Of a stretch of DNA of 64,000 nucleotides, positions 1 through 11,247 are shown one piece after another. Every line of letters starts with the position of its first letter. Positions within the stretch are counted from its first letter, which is position 1. Source of the DNA: Alphaproteobacteria bacterium (GTDB lineage Bacteria; Pseudomonadota; Alphaproteobacteria; Bin95). The notes beneath the pieces were generated by a model, which did not search any database, was not told the DNA's origin, and saw only the letters and a program-made list of their open reading frames with translations. The translations under genes and the position numbers were made by a program. The DNA lies in assembly GCA_964291285.2 (NCBI GenBank), contig OZ219789.1, forward strand, positions 192,001 to 256,000, read 5' to 3'.

Positions 1-686
1 ACGCCGAGATGGGTCGTGGCGAGGATCAGGTAGGGCGCCACGCACTGCGGCAGGATGTGGAAGAGCATGATGCGCATGTTGGAGGCGCCGAGGCTGCGCG
101 CCGCCTCCACGAACGACATTTCCTTGAGCGACAGCACGACAGAGCGGATCACGCGCCCGCCGAACGGTATTCGCGTGATCGCGATGGCGATGATGACCGT
201 CCCGGTGCCCGAACCCAGCGCCATCGCGATCGCCATTGCGAGTATCAGGTCCGGAAATGACTGGAGAAATTCGATGATGCGCTGGCTGACAATATCGAAC
301 CGCCCTCCGAGAAAACCGCATGCCAGGCCCCAGAACGACCCGAGCGTGGTGCCGAGCAGCACCGCGGCGAAGGCAACGATGAGCGAGGTGCGGCTGCCGT
401 GGATGACGCGGCTCAGCGTGTCGCGGCCGATCTGGTCGGTGCCGAACAGATGTTCTTCATAGGGTGCCTTCTGCATGCTCCGGAAATCGGACTTGAGCGG
501 CGGATAGGGCGCGATCACCGGCGCGGCCACCGCCATGGCCACGATCAGGAGCGCAACGCAGCCCCAGAACGCCGACAGCGGAGAGCGGCGCCCGAAGTGC
601 CTGAGGCCGCCCCACACACGGGCCGGCAGCGGCCGCCCGGCCCGGCGGGACTCTTCCGCGGTCGGGGTTTCGGGCTGCACGGTCAT
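1..686 (-). CDS. dppC: Peptide/nickel ABC transporter permease (DppC/OppC-like); 3' end runs off the window
   Basis: Hand translation from ATG at 686, which overlaps the upstream stop (ATGA): HLFGTDQIGRDTLSRVIHGSR...EMSFVEAARSLGASNMRIM (EAA loop). Confidence 0.85.
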   Translation of the reverse strand, partial: MTVQPETPTAEESRRAGRPLPARVWGGLRHFGRRSPLSAFWGCVALLIVAMAVAAPVIAPYPPLKSDFRSMQKAPYEEHLFGTDQIGRDTLSRVIHGSRTSLIVAFAAVLLGTTLGSFWGLACGFLGGRFDIVSQRIIEFLQSFPDLILAMAIAMALGSGTGTVIIAIAITRIPFGGRVIRSVVLSLKEMSFVEAARSLGASNMRIMLFHILPQCVAPYLILATTHLG

Positions 687-1645
687 TGGTATCTGATCCT
701 CGGGTCGATCCAGGCAATGATAATATCGACGGTGATATTCAACATCACGAACACCACGGCATAGAGGAAGACGAGGTTCTGCATGACGAAGATGTCGCGC
801 TCATTCACCGCCGTGAACATGGCGTAGCCGAGGCCCGGCGTGCCGAAGGCGCGTTCCACCGGGATCGACCCGGCCAGCACGAATCCCAGCAGGATTCCGG
901 ACAGCGTGATGACCGGCAGCAGCGCATTGGGCAGCGCGTGGAGGCTGACCACGAGGCGCCCGTTGAGGCCCTTGGCCCTGGCGGTGCGCACATAGTCCTC
1001 GCGGATCACCTCCAGCAGGCTGGAGCGGGCCATGCGGGCGATGTAGGCGGCCTGGCCGAGCGCGAGCACGAAGGCGGGCCCGATGATGATCTGCAGCACC
1101 GTTCCGGGGTCCTCGAACAGCCCTGCCCCGCCGGCGGTCTGCGGCGCGCGGTAGCCGAAGCCGAACAGGAGGCCCAGCACGATCAGCATGCCGAGCCAGA
1201 ACCCCGGCACGGCTAGGCAGGTGATCGAGATCACGCGGGCGGTGTTGTCCGCCATGGTGTTGGGCCGCAGCGCGCTGATGATCGCCACCGGAATGCCGAG
1301 GATCCAGGAGAGGATGACCGACAGGATGGCGATCTGCGCCGTCAGCGGCCCGCGGCGCAGCACCATCTCGCCGACGCTTTCGGCACGGAAGAACGAGCGG
1401 CCGAGCTCGCCCCTCGCAATGTCGAGAACCCAGTTGAGATACTGGACGATCAGCGGGTCGGCGAGGCCGAGCTCCTCCATGTAGCTCTGCCGCTGCGCCT
1501 CGGTGAGCTTGGTCATGCCCTCCGGGCCGAAAATCGCCGTCAGCGGATCGCCCGGCATGATCCGCATGATGAGGAACACGATGATCGACACGCCGAACAC
1601 CGTGATCCCGCCGAACGCAAACCGGCGCACGATATAGCTATACAT
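683..1645 (-). CDS. dppB: Peptide/nickel ABC transporter permease (DppB/OppB-like)
   Basis: MPGDP N-terminus, DYVRTARAKGL motif, C-terminal DPRIRY. Confidence 0.9.
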   Translation of the reverse strand: MYSYIVRRFAFGGITVFGVSIIVFLIMRIMPGDPLTAIFGPEGMTKLTEAQRQSYMEELGLADPLIVQYLNWVLDIARGELGRSFFRAESVGEMVLRRGPLTAQIAILSVILSWILGIPVAIISALRPNTMADNTARVISITCLAVPGFWLGMLIVLGLLFGFGYRAPQTAGGAGLFEDPGTVLQIIIGPAFVLALGQAAYIARMARSSLLEVIREDYVRTARAKGLNGRLVVSLHALPNALLPVITLSGILLGFVLAGSIPVERAFGTPGLGYAMFTAVNERDIFVMQNLVFLYAVVFVMLNITVDIIIAWIDPRIRYQ

Positions 1646-1754
1646 CCGGTTCCCGCCAGCCGCGCATCGTGACGAACGCCCTCCCCTCGCTCCGCCCGGC
1701 AGACTGCTTGCAGGGCGGCGGCACTGTCAAGGCGGTGCCGCCCGCGCCTCCGCC

Positions 1755-2740
<986 letters not shown>

Positions 2741-2744
<4 letters not shown>

Positions 2745-3811
2745 GAGGCGGCTCCGAACAGGCGCTCGGAATGCCAGCAGGCGGCCCAGTGGCCGGGCTG
2801 TTTTTCCAGATAGGGCGGATATTCCGCGCGGCAGCGGTCGTCGGCGAAGCGGCAGCGGGGCGCGAAGGCGCAGCCGGGCGGCAGGTTGTTCAGCGGCGGC
2901 ACGATGCCCGGAATCTCCTCAAGCCGCTCAGCGGCGGCGCTGTCCTCGCCGCTCATGATGGCGAGGCGCGGCACCGAGGCCATCAGGCCGTGCGTGTAGG
3001 GGTGCATCGGGTTGGAGAAGAGCGGCACGACATCCGCCTCCTCCACCTTCCGGCCCGCATACATCACGATGATGCGCTGGGTCGTTTCCGCCACGACGCC
3101 GAGGTCGTGGGTAATCAGGATGACGGCCGTGCCGAGCTCCTGCTGCAGGCGCACGATGAGATCGAGTATCTGCGCCTGGATGGTGACGTCGAGCGCCGTG
3201 GTCGGCTCGTCGGCGATCAGCACCTTCGGGTTGCAGGCGAGCGCCATCGCGATCATCGCCCGCTGGCGCATGCCGCCGGAAAGCTGGTGCGGATATTCCC
3301 TCGCGCGCTGCGCCGGCTCGGGAATGCGCATCATGTCGAGCATCTCCACCGCCCGCGACAGCGCCTGGGCCCGGCTCAGGTCCCGGTGCAGGATCAGGGC
3401 TTCCGCGATCTGGTAGCCGATGGTCAGCACCGGGTTGAGCGAGGTCATCGGCTCCTGGAAGATCATGGAGATGTCATTGCCGCGCACGAGGCGCATCTCC
3501 GCCTCGCCGAGGTCCAGCAGGTCGCGTCCGTCCAGGGTCACGCGGCCGCCGATGATGCGGCCCGGCGGGTCCGGCACGAGGCGCATGACGGAAAGCGCCG
3601 TGATGCTCTTGCCGCAGCCGGACTCGCCCACGATCCCGAGCGTCTCTCCCTTGCGCAGGTTGAAGGAGACTCCGTCCACGGCCTTGACGATTCCCTGGCG
3701 CGTGTAGAACCAGGTCTGCAGGTCCTTCACCTCCAGCGCGCTGTCCCCGGCCGGCGCTTCCGTCGCCGCCGCCGCTCCCTCGTCGAGGGCGGGCATGGTG
3801 TCGGAGGTCAT
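2741..3811 (-). CDS. dppD: Peptide ABC transporter ATP-binding subunit (DppD/OppD-like)
   Basis: [28 protein letters not shown]; start moved to MTSDT at 3811 to avoid overlap with the upstream gene. Confidence 0.92.
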
Positions 3812-3833
3812 GTCTCGCACCCCATCTTCCGGC

Positions 3834-4727
3834 TCAGCTCCGCTGCCGCGGGTCGAGAATGTCGCGAACCGCATCCCCGAACAGGTTGGTGCCGAACACG
3901 GCGAGGCTGATCGCAATGCCCGGGAAGATCACCAGCCAGGGCGCGACGCGCACATATTCCGCCGCCGACTCCGACAGCATCCGGCCCCAGGACGGGTGCG
4001 GCTCCGGCACGCCGAGACCGAGGAAGGAAAGCGAGGCCTCGACCAGGATCGCGGAGCCCAGCTGCGCGGTGAACAGCACGATCAGCGGCGCCAGCGTGTT
4101 CGGCAGCACATGGCGCACGGCGACGCGGAGCTCGCTCATGCCCGCCGCCCGCGCCGCCTCCACGAAGGGCATTTCCCGGAGTGACAATGTGCTCGACCGC
4201 ACCACACGCGCCACATTGGGCACGAGCGGTATCGAGATGGCGATGATGGTGTTTTCCAGCGACGGCCCGAGCGAGGCCGCCATGACGAGCGCCAGCACGA
4301 GCAGCGGCAGGGCCTGCATGATGTCGATCAGGCGCTGCATCAGCAGGTCGAACCAGCCCATCAGGTAGCCCGACATGAGGCCGATCACGATCCCGATCAC
4401 GCCGCCGAGCAGGATCGAGGCGACGCCGACGGTCAGCGAGATGCGCGCGCCGTGGATGATGCGGCTCAGCACATCCCGGCCCATCATGTCGGCGCCCATG
4501 AGGAATGCGGCGCCCGGCTCCTTCAGCGAGTCTGGAGCGGAAGTATGCAACGGATCGCGAGGCGCGAGGGCGTCGGCGAACAGCGCAGACAGCACGAAGA
4601 CGATCACAATCGCAGCGCCGATGGCACCCAACGGGTGCTGGCGCATGTAGAAAACGAGCCGGCTCCAATGGCCGGAAACATTCGCGCCGGCGCGCGTGAG
4701 CTCGGCCTGATGGTCGATTTCAGCCAT
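3834..4727 (-). CDS. dppC: Peptide ABC transporter permease (DppC-like)
   Basis: Start MAEIDHQ at 4727; [36 protein letters not shown] end. Confidence 0.9.
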   Translation of the reverse strand: MAEIDHQAELTRAGANVSGHWSRLVFYMRQHPLGAIGAAIVIVFVLSALFADALAPRDPLHTSAPDSLKEPGAAFLMGADMMGRDVLSRIIHGARISLTVGVASILLGGVIGIVIGLMSGYLMGWFDLLMQRLIDIMQALPLLVLALVMAASLGPSLENTIIAISIPLVPNVARVVRSSTLSLREMPFVEAARAAGMSELRVAVRHVLPNTLAPLIVLFTAQLGSAILVEASLSFLGLGVPEPHPSWGRMLSESAAEYVRVAPWLVIFPGIAISLAVFGTNLFGDAVRDILDPRQRS

Positions 4728-4762
4728 CGTGGCGCTCCGGGAACGGAGGGTCGGTGGATCGC

Positions 4763-5710
4763 TCAGTCGGCATATTTGATCCTCGGGTCGAGCACCGCGT
4801 AGAGCATGTCCACGAGGAAGTTGATGAGCACGGTCACGAGCGCGATCAGCATCACGAGGTTCTGCACGATCGGGTAGTCGCGCATCAGGATCGCCTCGAC
4901 CAGGAAGTGGGCGACGCCCGGGATGTTGAACACCGTCTCGGTGATGATAAGCCCGCCGATCAGGAAGGCGGCCTCGATGCCGATGATGGTCGTCACCGGC
5001 AGCACCGCGTTCTTGAGCGCATGGTGGTAGTTGACGGAGTTGTCGGTCGCCCCCTTGGAGCGCGCCGTGCGGATATAGTCCTGGCGCATCACCTCCAGCA
5101 TGGAGGAGCGCGTAAGCCGCATGATGAGCGCGGACGACCGGAAGCCGACCGCTGCCGCCGGGATGCTGTAGAGCAGCAGTTCGTCCCAGAGATTGTCCGG
5201 TGGGTCCGTGTAGATCGGGATCGTGCCTGCATACTGGACGAAGGCCATCAGGATCAGCAGGGCGAGCCAGAAGGACGGCAGCGAAAGCCCGCTCAGCGAT
5301 ATGCAGCGCAGGACGTAGTCCATCGCCGAGTTCTGGCGCACGGCGCTGATCACGCCGAGCGGCAGCCCGAACAGGACCGAGAAGAAGAGCGAGAGCGCGG
5401 CGAGCTTGGCGGTGATCGGAATGCGCGGCTGCAATTCGTCCACCACCGGCATCTCCGAGACGTAGGAGAAGCCGAGGTCCCAGACGATCAGGCCGCGAAT
5501 CCATTCGTAATACTGAACCGGAATCGGCTGGTCGAGGCCGAGTTCCCGCTCGATATTGGCCTTCTCCTCCGGGTCCACGAACCCGGCGGAGTCGAACATG
5601 ATGTCGGCGATGTTGCCGGGCATCAGCCGCAACAGCACGAAGATGATGATCGACATCCCGACAAGCGTCAGGATCATCAACAGGAAGCGCTTGACGATAT
5701 AGGCGCTCAA
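4763..5710 (-). CDS. dppB: Peptide ABC transporter permease (DppB-like)
   Basis: TTG start; DYIRTARSKG, RDYPIVQ, LDPRIKY. Confidence 0.9.
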   Translation of the reverse strand: MSAYIVKRFLLMILTLVGMSIIIFVLLRLMPGNIADIMFDSAGFVDPEEKANIERELGLDQPIPVQYYEWIRGLIVWDLGFSYVSEMPVVDELQPRIPITAKLAALSLFFSVLFGLPLGVISAVRQNSAMDYVLRCISLSGLSLPSFWLALLILMAFVQYAGTIPIYTDPPDNLWDELLLYSIPAAAVGFRSSALIMRLTRSSMLEVMRQDYIRTARSKGATDNSVNYHHALKNAVLPVTTIIGIEAAFLIGGLIITETVFNIPGVAHFLVEAILMRDYPIVQNLVMLIALVTVLINFLVDMLYAVLDPRIKYAD

Positions 5711-5761
5711 GGCCTGCCCCCTCTTGCCCGTGCTCCAGGCAGCAGATCGATTGCAGGAAAA

Positions 5762-5788
5762 CCGGGGCGCCTCAAGGGACGCCCCGGC
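5762..5788. terminator. GC-rich hairpin between the substrate-binding gene and the first permease (terminator or mRNA stabiliser)
   Basis: CCGGGGCG-CCTCAAGGGA-CGCCCCGG inverted repeat just downstream of the SBP stop codon. Confidence 0.5.
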
Positions 5789-5812
5789 TCATCGCATGTT
5801 GAAAGGGTCCGG

Positions 5813-7411
5813 CTACTTGTCGAGCCAGACGTCTTCCAGACGCCAGTTGTTGTAGAGGCTGTTCACATGCGTGACGAAGCCCTTGACGTAAGGCTGCCAG
5901 CAATTGGCTCCCTTGCTGTGCATGATCATCGGCCTGGCCGCATCTTCCTGCAGTTTCCTGTCGATCTCCCAGACGAGCTTCCTGCGCTCTTCCTGGTCGG
6001 TCATCATCGACTGCTTCTCGAACAGCGCCTCCATCTCCTCCTTGCAGTAGCCCGTGTAGTTCCGCTGCGAGCCGCAGGAGTAGTTCTCGTAGAAATTGGA
6101 GTCTGGATCGTCCACACCCGAGCCGGTCAGGTTCAGGCCGACCATGTAGTCCTTGCGGGCTACCTTTGCATGCCAGTTGCTGGTCTCGACCGTATCAAGT
6201 TCGGCGGCGATGTGGATATGCTTCAGGTGGTCGATCAGGATGACGGCCGCATCGCGATAGACTGCGATATTCCGGGTCGATACCTTCACTTCAAGCGGCT
6301 TGTCGGGCCCGTAGCCGAGGCCCTCCATGATCTTGCGGCCCTCCGCCCGGTTCGCCTCGATATCCGGGCCGTAGCCGGCCACCTTCTCCAGGACTTCCGG
6401 AGGCATGCCCCAGACGCCCGACGGCGGCGGCATCATCGCTCCGCCCGCCACAGCCTCTCCGTCGGCGAGGATGTCGATGAACGCCTGCCGATCGATCGCG
6501 AACACCATGGCCTTGCGGATGTCCGCATTGTCGAAGGGCGGGTTGTCCTGGTTCACGATCAGATTGTAGCTGACATTGGTCGTGACCAGTTCGCAGACCG
6601 CGTGCGGCGCCTGGGACCTGACGTCCTTCAGCAGCGGAACGGTGACATCGACATTGAAGGTCATGTCGAACTCGCCGGCGATGAAGGCCAGCACACGGGT
6701 CGCGCGGCTCTTGATGATCGTCCACTCATGCCCGTCGAGATGCGGCTTGCCTTCCTTCCAGTAGTTGTCGTTCTTCGTGAACTTCACATGCTCGTTCTGC
6801 TTGAGGCTCACGAATTTGAAGGGGCCGGTGCCGATCGGGTTCGTCCGCATCTTCTTCGGCGGCACATGGCAGGGATAGACCGGCGAATAGCCCGAGGCCA
6901 GCAGCGCGATGAAGGCCGGCTGGCGGCGCTTCAGGTGGAAGGTCGCCTCATGGTCGCCGTTCGTGGTGATTTCCTCGAGGTTCTTGTACCAGGCCTTGCG
7001 CGGGTTCTTGCGCAGCTTCGCCTTGCTCTTGCCGAGCACGAGCTCCCAGGTGCATTTGACGTCCGCCGAAGTGAACGGCTTGCCATCGTGCCACTGCACA
7101 CCCTCGCGCAGCTTGAAGGTGATCTCGGTGCCGTCCTCGTTCCAGCTCCAGCTTTCGGCCAGGTCCGGAACGATGGTGTCCAGGCTGTTCTTCGCCACAT
7201 CCTGCTTGTACATGACGAGGTTGTTGTAAACGCCCATGTAAGGCGAGACCGTCGAGTTGGTCGCCTCCTCGTGGATCGAGCCGCTGGGCGGGGTGCCGCG
7301 ATGGTAGAATTTGAGGACGCCCCCGTCCTTCTGCGCGAGCGCCGTCCCGGCATAGCCCGCGAGCATTGCCACGCCGAGGCCGAACGCCGCGGCGCGTGTC
7401 AGATTACCCAT
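5813..7411 (-). CDS. ABC transporter substrate-binding protein, family 5 (peptide/nickel)
   Basis: Signal peptide MGNLTRAAAFGLGVAMLAGYAGTALA; PDLAESW, FKLREGVQWHDG, PIGTGPFKF. Confidence 0.9.
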   Translation of the reverse strand: MGNLTRAAAFGLGVAMLAGYAGTALAQKDGGVLKFYHRGTPPSGSIHEEATNSTVSPYMGVYNNLVMYKQDVAKNSLDTIVPDLAESWSWNEDGTEITFKLREGVQWHDGKPFTSADVKCTWELVLGKSKAKLRKNPRKAWYKNLEEITTNGDHEATFHLKRRQPAFIALLASGYSPVYPCHVPPKKMRTNPIGTGPFKFVSLKQNEHVKFTKNDNYWKEGKPHLDGHEWTIIKSRATRVLAFIAGEFDMTFNVDVTVPLLKDVRSQAPHAVCELVTTNVSYNLIVNQDNPPFDNADIRKAMVFAIDRQAFIDILADGEAVAGGAMMPPPSGVWGMPPEVLEKVAGYGPDIEANRAEGRKIMEGLGYGPDKPLEVKVSTRNIAVYRDAAVILIDHLKHIHIAAELDTVETSNWHAKVARKDYMVGLNLTGSGVDDPDSNFYENYSCGSQRNYTGYCKEEMEALFEKQSMMTDQEERRKLVWEIDRKLQEDAARPMIMHSKGANCWQPYVKGFVTHVNSLYNNWRLEDVWLDK

Positions 7412-7636
7412 GCTTGTATCCCTCCCGGTTAGCATGACGCCGTATGGATTATGTCGGCCCCGCTCCGTTCTGCCAAGCCGGAACCATGCGCGACGCAAAC
7501 GCAGTGCAAAAAAAGATGGCGGAAGAGCTGCCTTCGCCGTTTCCGGTACAGGTTTACCGCGCCCTTTCAGGCGTCAAATCCATAATCTCGAAACGATCCC
7601 GGGCCGCCCGAATGCGGCGAGCCGCCGACCGGCCCG

Positions 7637-7975
7637 TCAGTTCTCCACCGCGTCCAGCGCCTCGCCCTCGGACCCGTGAATCTGGATGATCTTGTCGAAA
7701 CCGGAGAGCTGCACGATCTCCCGGACGGTATCGGGCAGCGCGCAGAGCGCGAAGCTCGCATCGCGCCGCCAGAGGCCCTTGGCGATCACCAGAACCGCGC
7801 GGAGGCCGGCGCTGCTGATATAGGAAAGCTGGGACAGATTCACGACCACGGCGCGGTCGTCGTCCTGGATCGCGGCCTTCATCTTGCTCTCGAAATCGCG
7901 GGCCGTGGCGCTGTCTATGCGGCCTTCCGGCACCGCGAGCAGGGCGCCGCCGCGCCGTTCCATCCTTACTTCCAT
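7637..7975 (-). CDS. STAS-domain protein (anti-sigma-factor antagonist)
   Basis: GRIDSATA, LSYISSAGLR phosphorylatable Ser motif; GGAGG RBS before ATG 7975. Confidence 0.85.
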   Translation of the reverse strand: MEVRMERRGGALLAVPEGRIDSATARDFESKMKAAIQDDDRAVVVNLSQLSYISSAGLRAVLVIAKGLWRRDASFALCALPDTVREIVQLSGFDKIIQIHGSEGEALDAVEN

Positions 7976-8163
7976 CCCGGTTCCTCCTGACCTCGCTTGA
8001 CGGATTCCGGCGCTGCCCAGGCACCGTTCCATCACATTATAGCGGCTACTCTGCGCATTGTTACACGAACCTGCCGCCGGACACAGCCTCCGATGGCCGC
8101 AATCCTCGAAGGCGGAGGATCGAGACCGCAGTGGACCGGACCGGGACCGCTCCCGGCGGCGCG

Positions 8164-11100
8164 TCAGCGCCCTCCCGCCAGCAACGCATCGACATGCCCG
8201 GCCGCACGGACGGAGACCTCTTCGACTGACCGGGAGAGGGCTTCGAACACCAGTTTGCCGCCGGACCGGCCGATCACGCCGGCCAGCGCCAACCTCGTCG
8301 CGTCTTCGACAAGCCGTCCGTCGGCGGCCAATTGCGCAAGGCCCCATAGGTTGCGCCAGAGCCGCGCGGCTTCCGCAAGGTCCTCCGCCGCCCCGGCGCC
8401 GATGGACCCCAGGGCGTGTGCGGTCTCGAAGACCTCCGCCGCACCGCCCTCCAGGATTGCCGGCCGCTCGGCTGCGTGGAGCAGCCGCAGGAAATCCGCC
8501 GCCGCGTCCACGTCCCGCAACCCGCCCGGTCTGTGTTCGATGGCCCAGACACCGCCATCGCCCTCCGCCCTCTGTCCGCGCATGGCGGCCAGCCCGGAGG
8601 CCAGCGGGCCCGCCGGGCGGGGTGCAGCCAGCGCGGCCCGCTGCGCCTCCTCGAACCCGTCTCCCAATCCGCCCTCGGACCAGATGGCCCGGGCGTGCCG
8701 CAGCGCCGCGAGTTCCGGGGCTTCGGCGCGCTCGTGCGGATAGTCCAGAAAGGCCTGCAGCGAACAGGCGAGCGGACCGCTGCTTCCCGTCGCCCGCGGG
8801 CGCATGTCGGTCCGGTAGAGACCGCCTTCCGCCGTTTCCGCCGTCAAGGCGGCCATCAGGCGGCGGCAGAGCCGCGCATAATAGGTGTCCGGGTCCAGCG
8901 GCCTCGGGCCGTCCGACGCCTTGCCTTCATGGTCGTAAAGCAGCATGAGGTCGAGCTCCGAGCTGACCGTCATCTCGCGGCACCCGAGGTCGCCGAACGC
9001 GAGCACCGCCGCCCGTCCGCCCGGCACGCGCCCATGGGCCGCGGCGAACACCTTCTGCACCGCCGGCATCAGCGCGCCGACGCACACATCGGCAATGTCG
9101 GCCAATGGCGGCGCGGCCTCTTCCGGAGAGAGCCGCCCGCGCAGCATATGGGCGCCGATCTGGAACAGGCGGTCGTTCGCCCAGCGCCGCACGGCATCCA
9201 GCAGGTCCAGAAGGTCGCCCGCACGGCCTGCCGCCGCCTCCAGCTCCGCCTGCATCTCCGCCCGGCCGAACTCCCGCGCGTAGAAGAGCCGCACCAGCCC
9301 CCTCCGGGCGGCCTCGGCCATCTCCGGCTCCAGTCCCTCGTCGTCCGGCAGGTCGAGATCGGTAAAATCGCGGCTGAGCGCGCTTTCCAGCAGCAACGGA
9401 CGGCGCGTCATCCAGCCGGCAAGCAACGGCGCGGACCCGACGACATCGGTGACGATGCCGAGCAGTTCTGGCCGCGCCGCCAGCAGGGAAAACAGCCGCC
9501 GGTCTGGCGGCAGCCCGGCCAGGAACCGGTCGAAGCGCGACAGGGCCGCATCCGGGTCCGGCGCAGCCGCAAAGGCCGCAAGGATATTCGGTAACAACCT
9601 TGCAAGCAGCGCGCGCGCCTCCTCGCTTCGCAACACCGGCGCCCCGCCCGTCAGCCAGCGCCGCACCATCGCCGCGCCCTCTCCGGCACCGGCATAGCCC
9701 ATGCCCGTCAGCGCCGTTTCCGCTGCGCCCTCCGCCTGGAAATCCACGCCTTCGGCGTCCGGCGCGTCCAGCCGATCCTCGAACAGCGCCCCGTAATGGC
9801 GTTCCACCGCCGCAATATGCGCATTCAGCCGGTCTTCGAACGCGCCGGCGGAGGGGAAAGCCAGGAAGGCCGCTATGCCGGCGATACCCGAGTCGCTGTC
9901 GGGCAGGCTGTGGGTCTGCCGGTCGTCCACCATTTGCAGGCGGTGCTCGACGCCGCGCTGAAAGCCGTAAGCCGTCCGAAGCTCCGCCGCCGCATCGGGC
10001 TCGACATGGCCCGCCGACACCAGCGCCTCCAGCGACTCCAGCGTGGCGCATCCGCGAAGGCCGAGGTCCCGCCCGCCCCAGAGGAGCTGCTGCGCCTGCA
10101 CGAAGAACTCGATCTCGCGGATGCCGCCGCGGCCGAGCTTGACATTGTGCCCCTCGAGCCCCTCGCCGCCCGCGCCGCGAGAGGCGTCGATCTGCTCCTT
10201 GATCGCGCGGATGTCCTGCGCCGCGGCGAAATCGAGATGGCGGCGCCAGATGAAGGGCTGCAGGGTCTCCAGGAACGCCTCGCCCGCCTCGATATCGCCG
10301 GCGACCGGCCGCGCCTTGATCATCGCCGCCCGTTCCCAGTTGCGCCCGGCGGTGCGGTAATAGACTTCCGCGGAGCGCACCGAGACGGCGGGCGGGGTCG
10401 ATCCCGGGTCGGGGCGCAGCCTGAGGTCGGTCCGGAAGACATAACCCTGCGCGGTCTGCTGGCCCATGATGCGCACCAGGCCCTGCGCCAGCCGCGCGAA
10501 GGCCCGCTGTACGCCGCGCCTGCCGATATAGGGCGTGCGATCCTGATCGTAGAACAGGATCAGGTCGATATCGCTGGAATAGTTGAGTTCCGAGGCGCCG
10601 AGCTTGCCCATGCCGAGCGCAAACAGGCCGGAACCCCGCTCCGGATCGTCGGGATCCGGCAGCGCCAGTTCGCCTGCCTCGTGCAGGCCGCGCAGCAGAT
10701 GCCGCATGGCCGCACCGAGCGTCGCCTCCGCAAACCCGGAGAGCGCGCCCGTCACCTTCTCCAGCGGCCAGACGCCGGTGATGTCCCCGAGCGCGATGGC
10801 GAGCGCCGCGCGCCGCTTGGCGCGGCGGAGACGGAGCATGATGTCGGCTGTCGATTCCTCCGCGAAGCCCGTGCGGTCGACAGCCGCCTCATGGGCCGCC
10901 CGGCCGGCCGCATCCGGCCCGGCCTCCAGCGCCAGCCGCGCGAAGCCGGGATCGGAGATCAGGCTCTGGCTCAGATAGGGGCTGTTGGAGAATATCGAGG
11001 ACAGGAGCCGCCCGGCCGCCGGGTCCTCCTCCGCCTCCAGCATGAAGGCGCGGAGCCCGCCGTCTTCCGCCTCGTCCGCCGCCTCGCGCCAGCGCCGCCA

Positions 11101-11181
11101 GCAGGTCTCCGCCGCCTCGATATCCGCAACGACCGGCAGTTCGCCGCCGCCGTCGATCCACTCTCCCGGCAGACCTGCCAT
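8164..11181 (-). CDS. glnE: Bifunctional glutamine synthetase adenylyltransferase/adenylyl-removing enzyme
   Basis: Two nucleotidyltransferase domains: GMGKLGASELNYSSDIDL, DLRLRPDPG, VKLGRGGIREIEF; second domain GDLGCREMTVSSELDL. Confidence 0.9.
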   Translation of the reverse strand: MAGLPGEWIDGGGELPVVADIEAAETCWRRWREAADEAEDGGLRAFMLEAEEDPAAGRLLSSIFSNSPYLSQSLISDPGFARLALEAGPDAAGRAAHEAAVDRTGFAEESTADIMLRLRRAKRRAALAIALGDITGVWPLEKVTGALSGFAEATLGAAMRHLLRGLHEAGELALPDPDDPERGSGLFALGMGKLGASELNYSSDIDLILFYDQDRTPYIGRRGVQRAFARLAQGLVRIMGQQTAQGYVFRTDLRLRPDPGSTPPAVSVRSAEVYYRTAGRNWERAAMIKARPVAGDIEAGEAFLETLQPFIWRRHLDFAAAQDIRAIKEQIDASRGAGGEGLEGHNVKLGRGGIREIEFFVQAQQLLWGGRDLGLRGCATLESLEALVSAGHVEPDAAAELRTAYGFQRGVEHRLQMVDDRQTHSLPDSDSGIAGIAAFLAFPSAGAFEDRLNAHIAAVERHYGALFEDRLDAPDAEGVDFQAEGAAETALTGMGYAGAGEGAAMVRRWLTGGAPVLRSEEARALLARLLPNILAAFAAAPDPDAALSRFDRFLAGLPPDRRLFSLLAARPELLGIVTDVVGSAPLLAGWMTRRPLLLESALSRDFTDLDLPDDEGLEPEMAEAARRGLVRLFYAREFGRAEMQAELEAAAGRAGDLLDLLDAVRRWANDRLFQIGAHMLRGRLSPEEAAPPLADIADVCVGALMPAVQKVFAAAHGRVPGGRAAVLAFGDLGCREMTVSSELDLMLLYDHEGKASDGPRPLDPDTYYARLCRRLMAALTAETAEGGLYRTDMRPRATGSSGPLACSLQAFLDYPHERAEAPELAALRHARAIWSEGGLGDGFEEAQRAALAAPRPAGPLASGLAAMRGQRAEGDGGVWAIEHRPGGLRDVDAAADFLRLLHAAERPAILEGGAAEVFETAHALGSIGAGAAEDLAEAARLWRNLWGLAQLAADGRLVEDATRLALAGVIGRSGGKLVFEALSRSVEEVSVRAAGHVDALLAGGR

Positions 11182-11247
11182 CCGGAGCCGCCTCGCGATC
11201 AGGGGATTCCTGAAAAGCTGCGCCTTTTTGCGCGGGCGTTCAACGGG

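Noticed and set aside
4754-7432. 892-aa plus-strand ORF
   Set aside because: Antisense shadow of the dppB and SBP genes in high-GC DNA; no motifs. The same applies to other long shadow ORFs such as 11935-13755, 14989-17325, 24331-26043 and 54376-56688.
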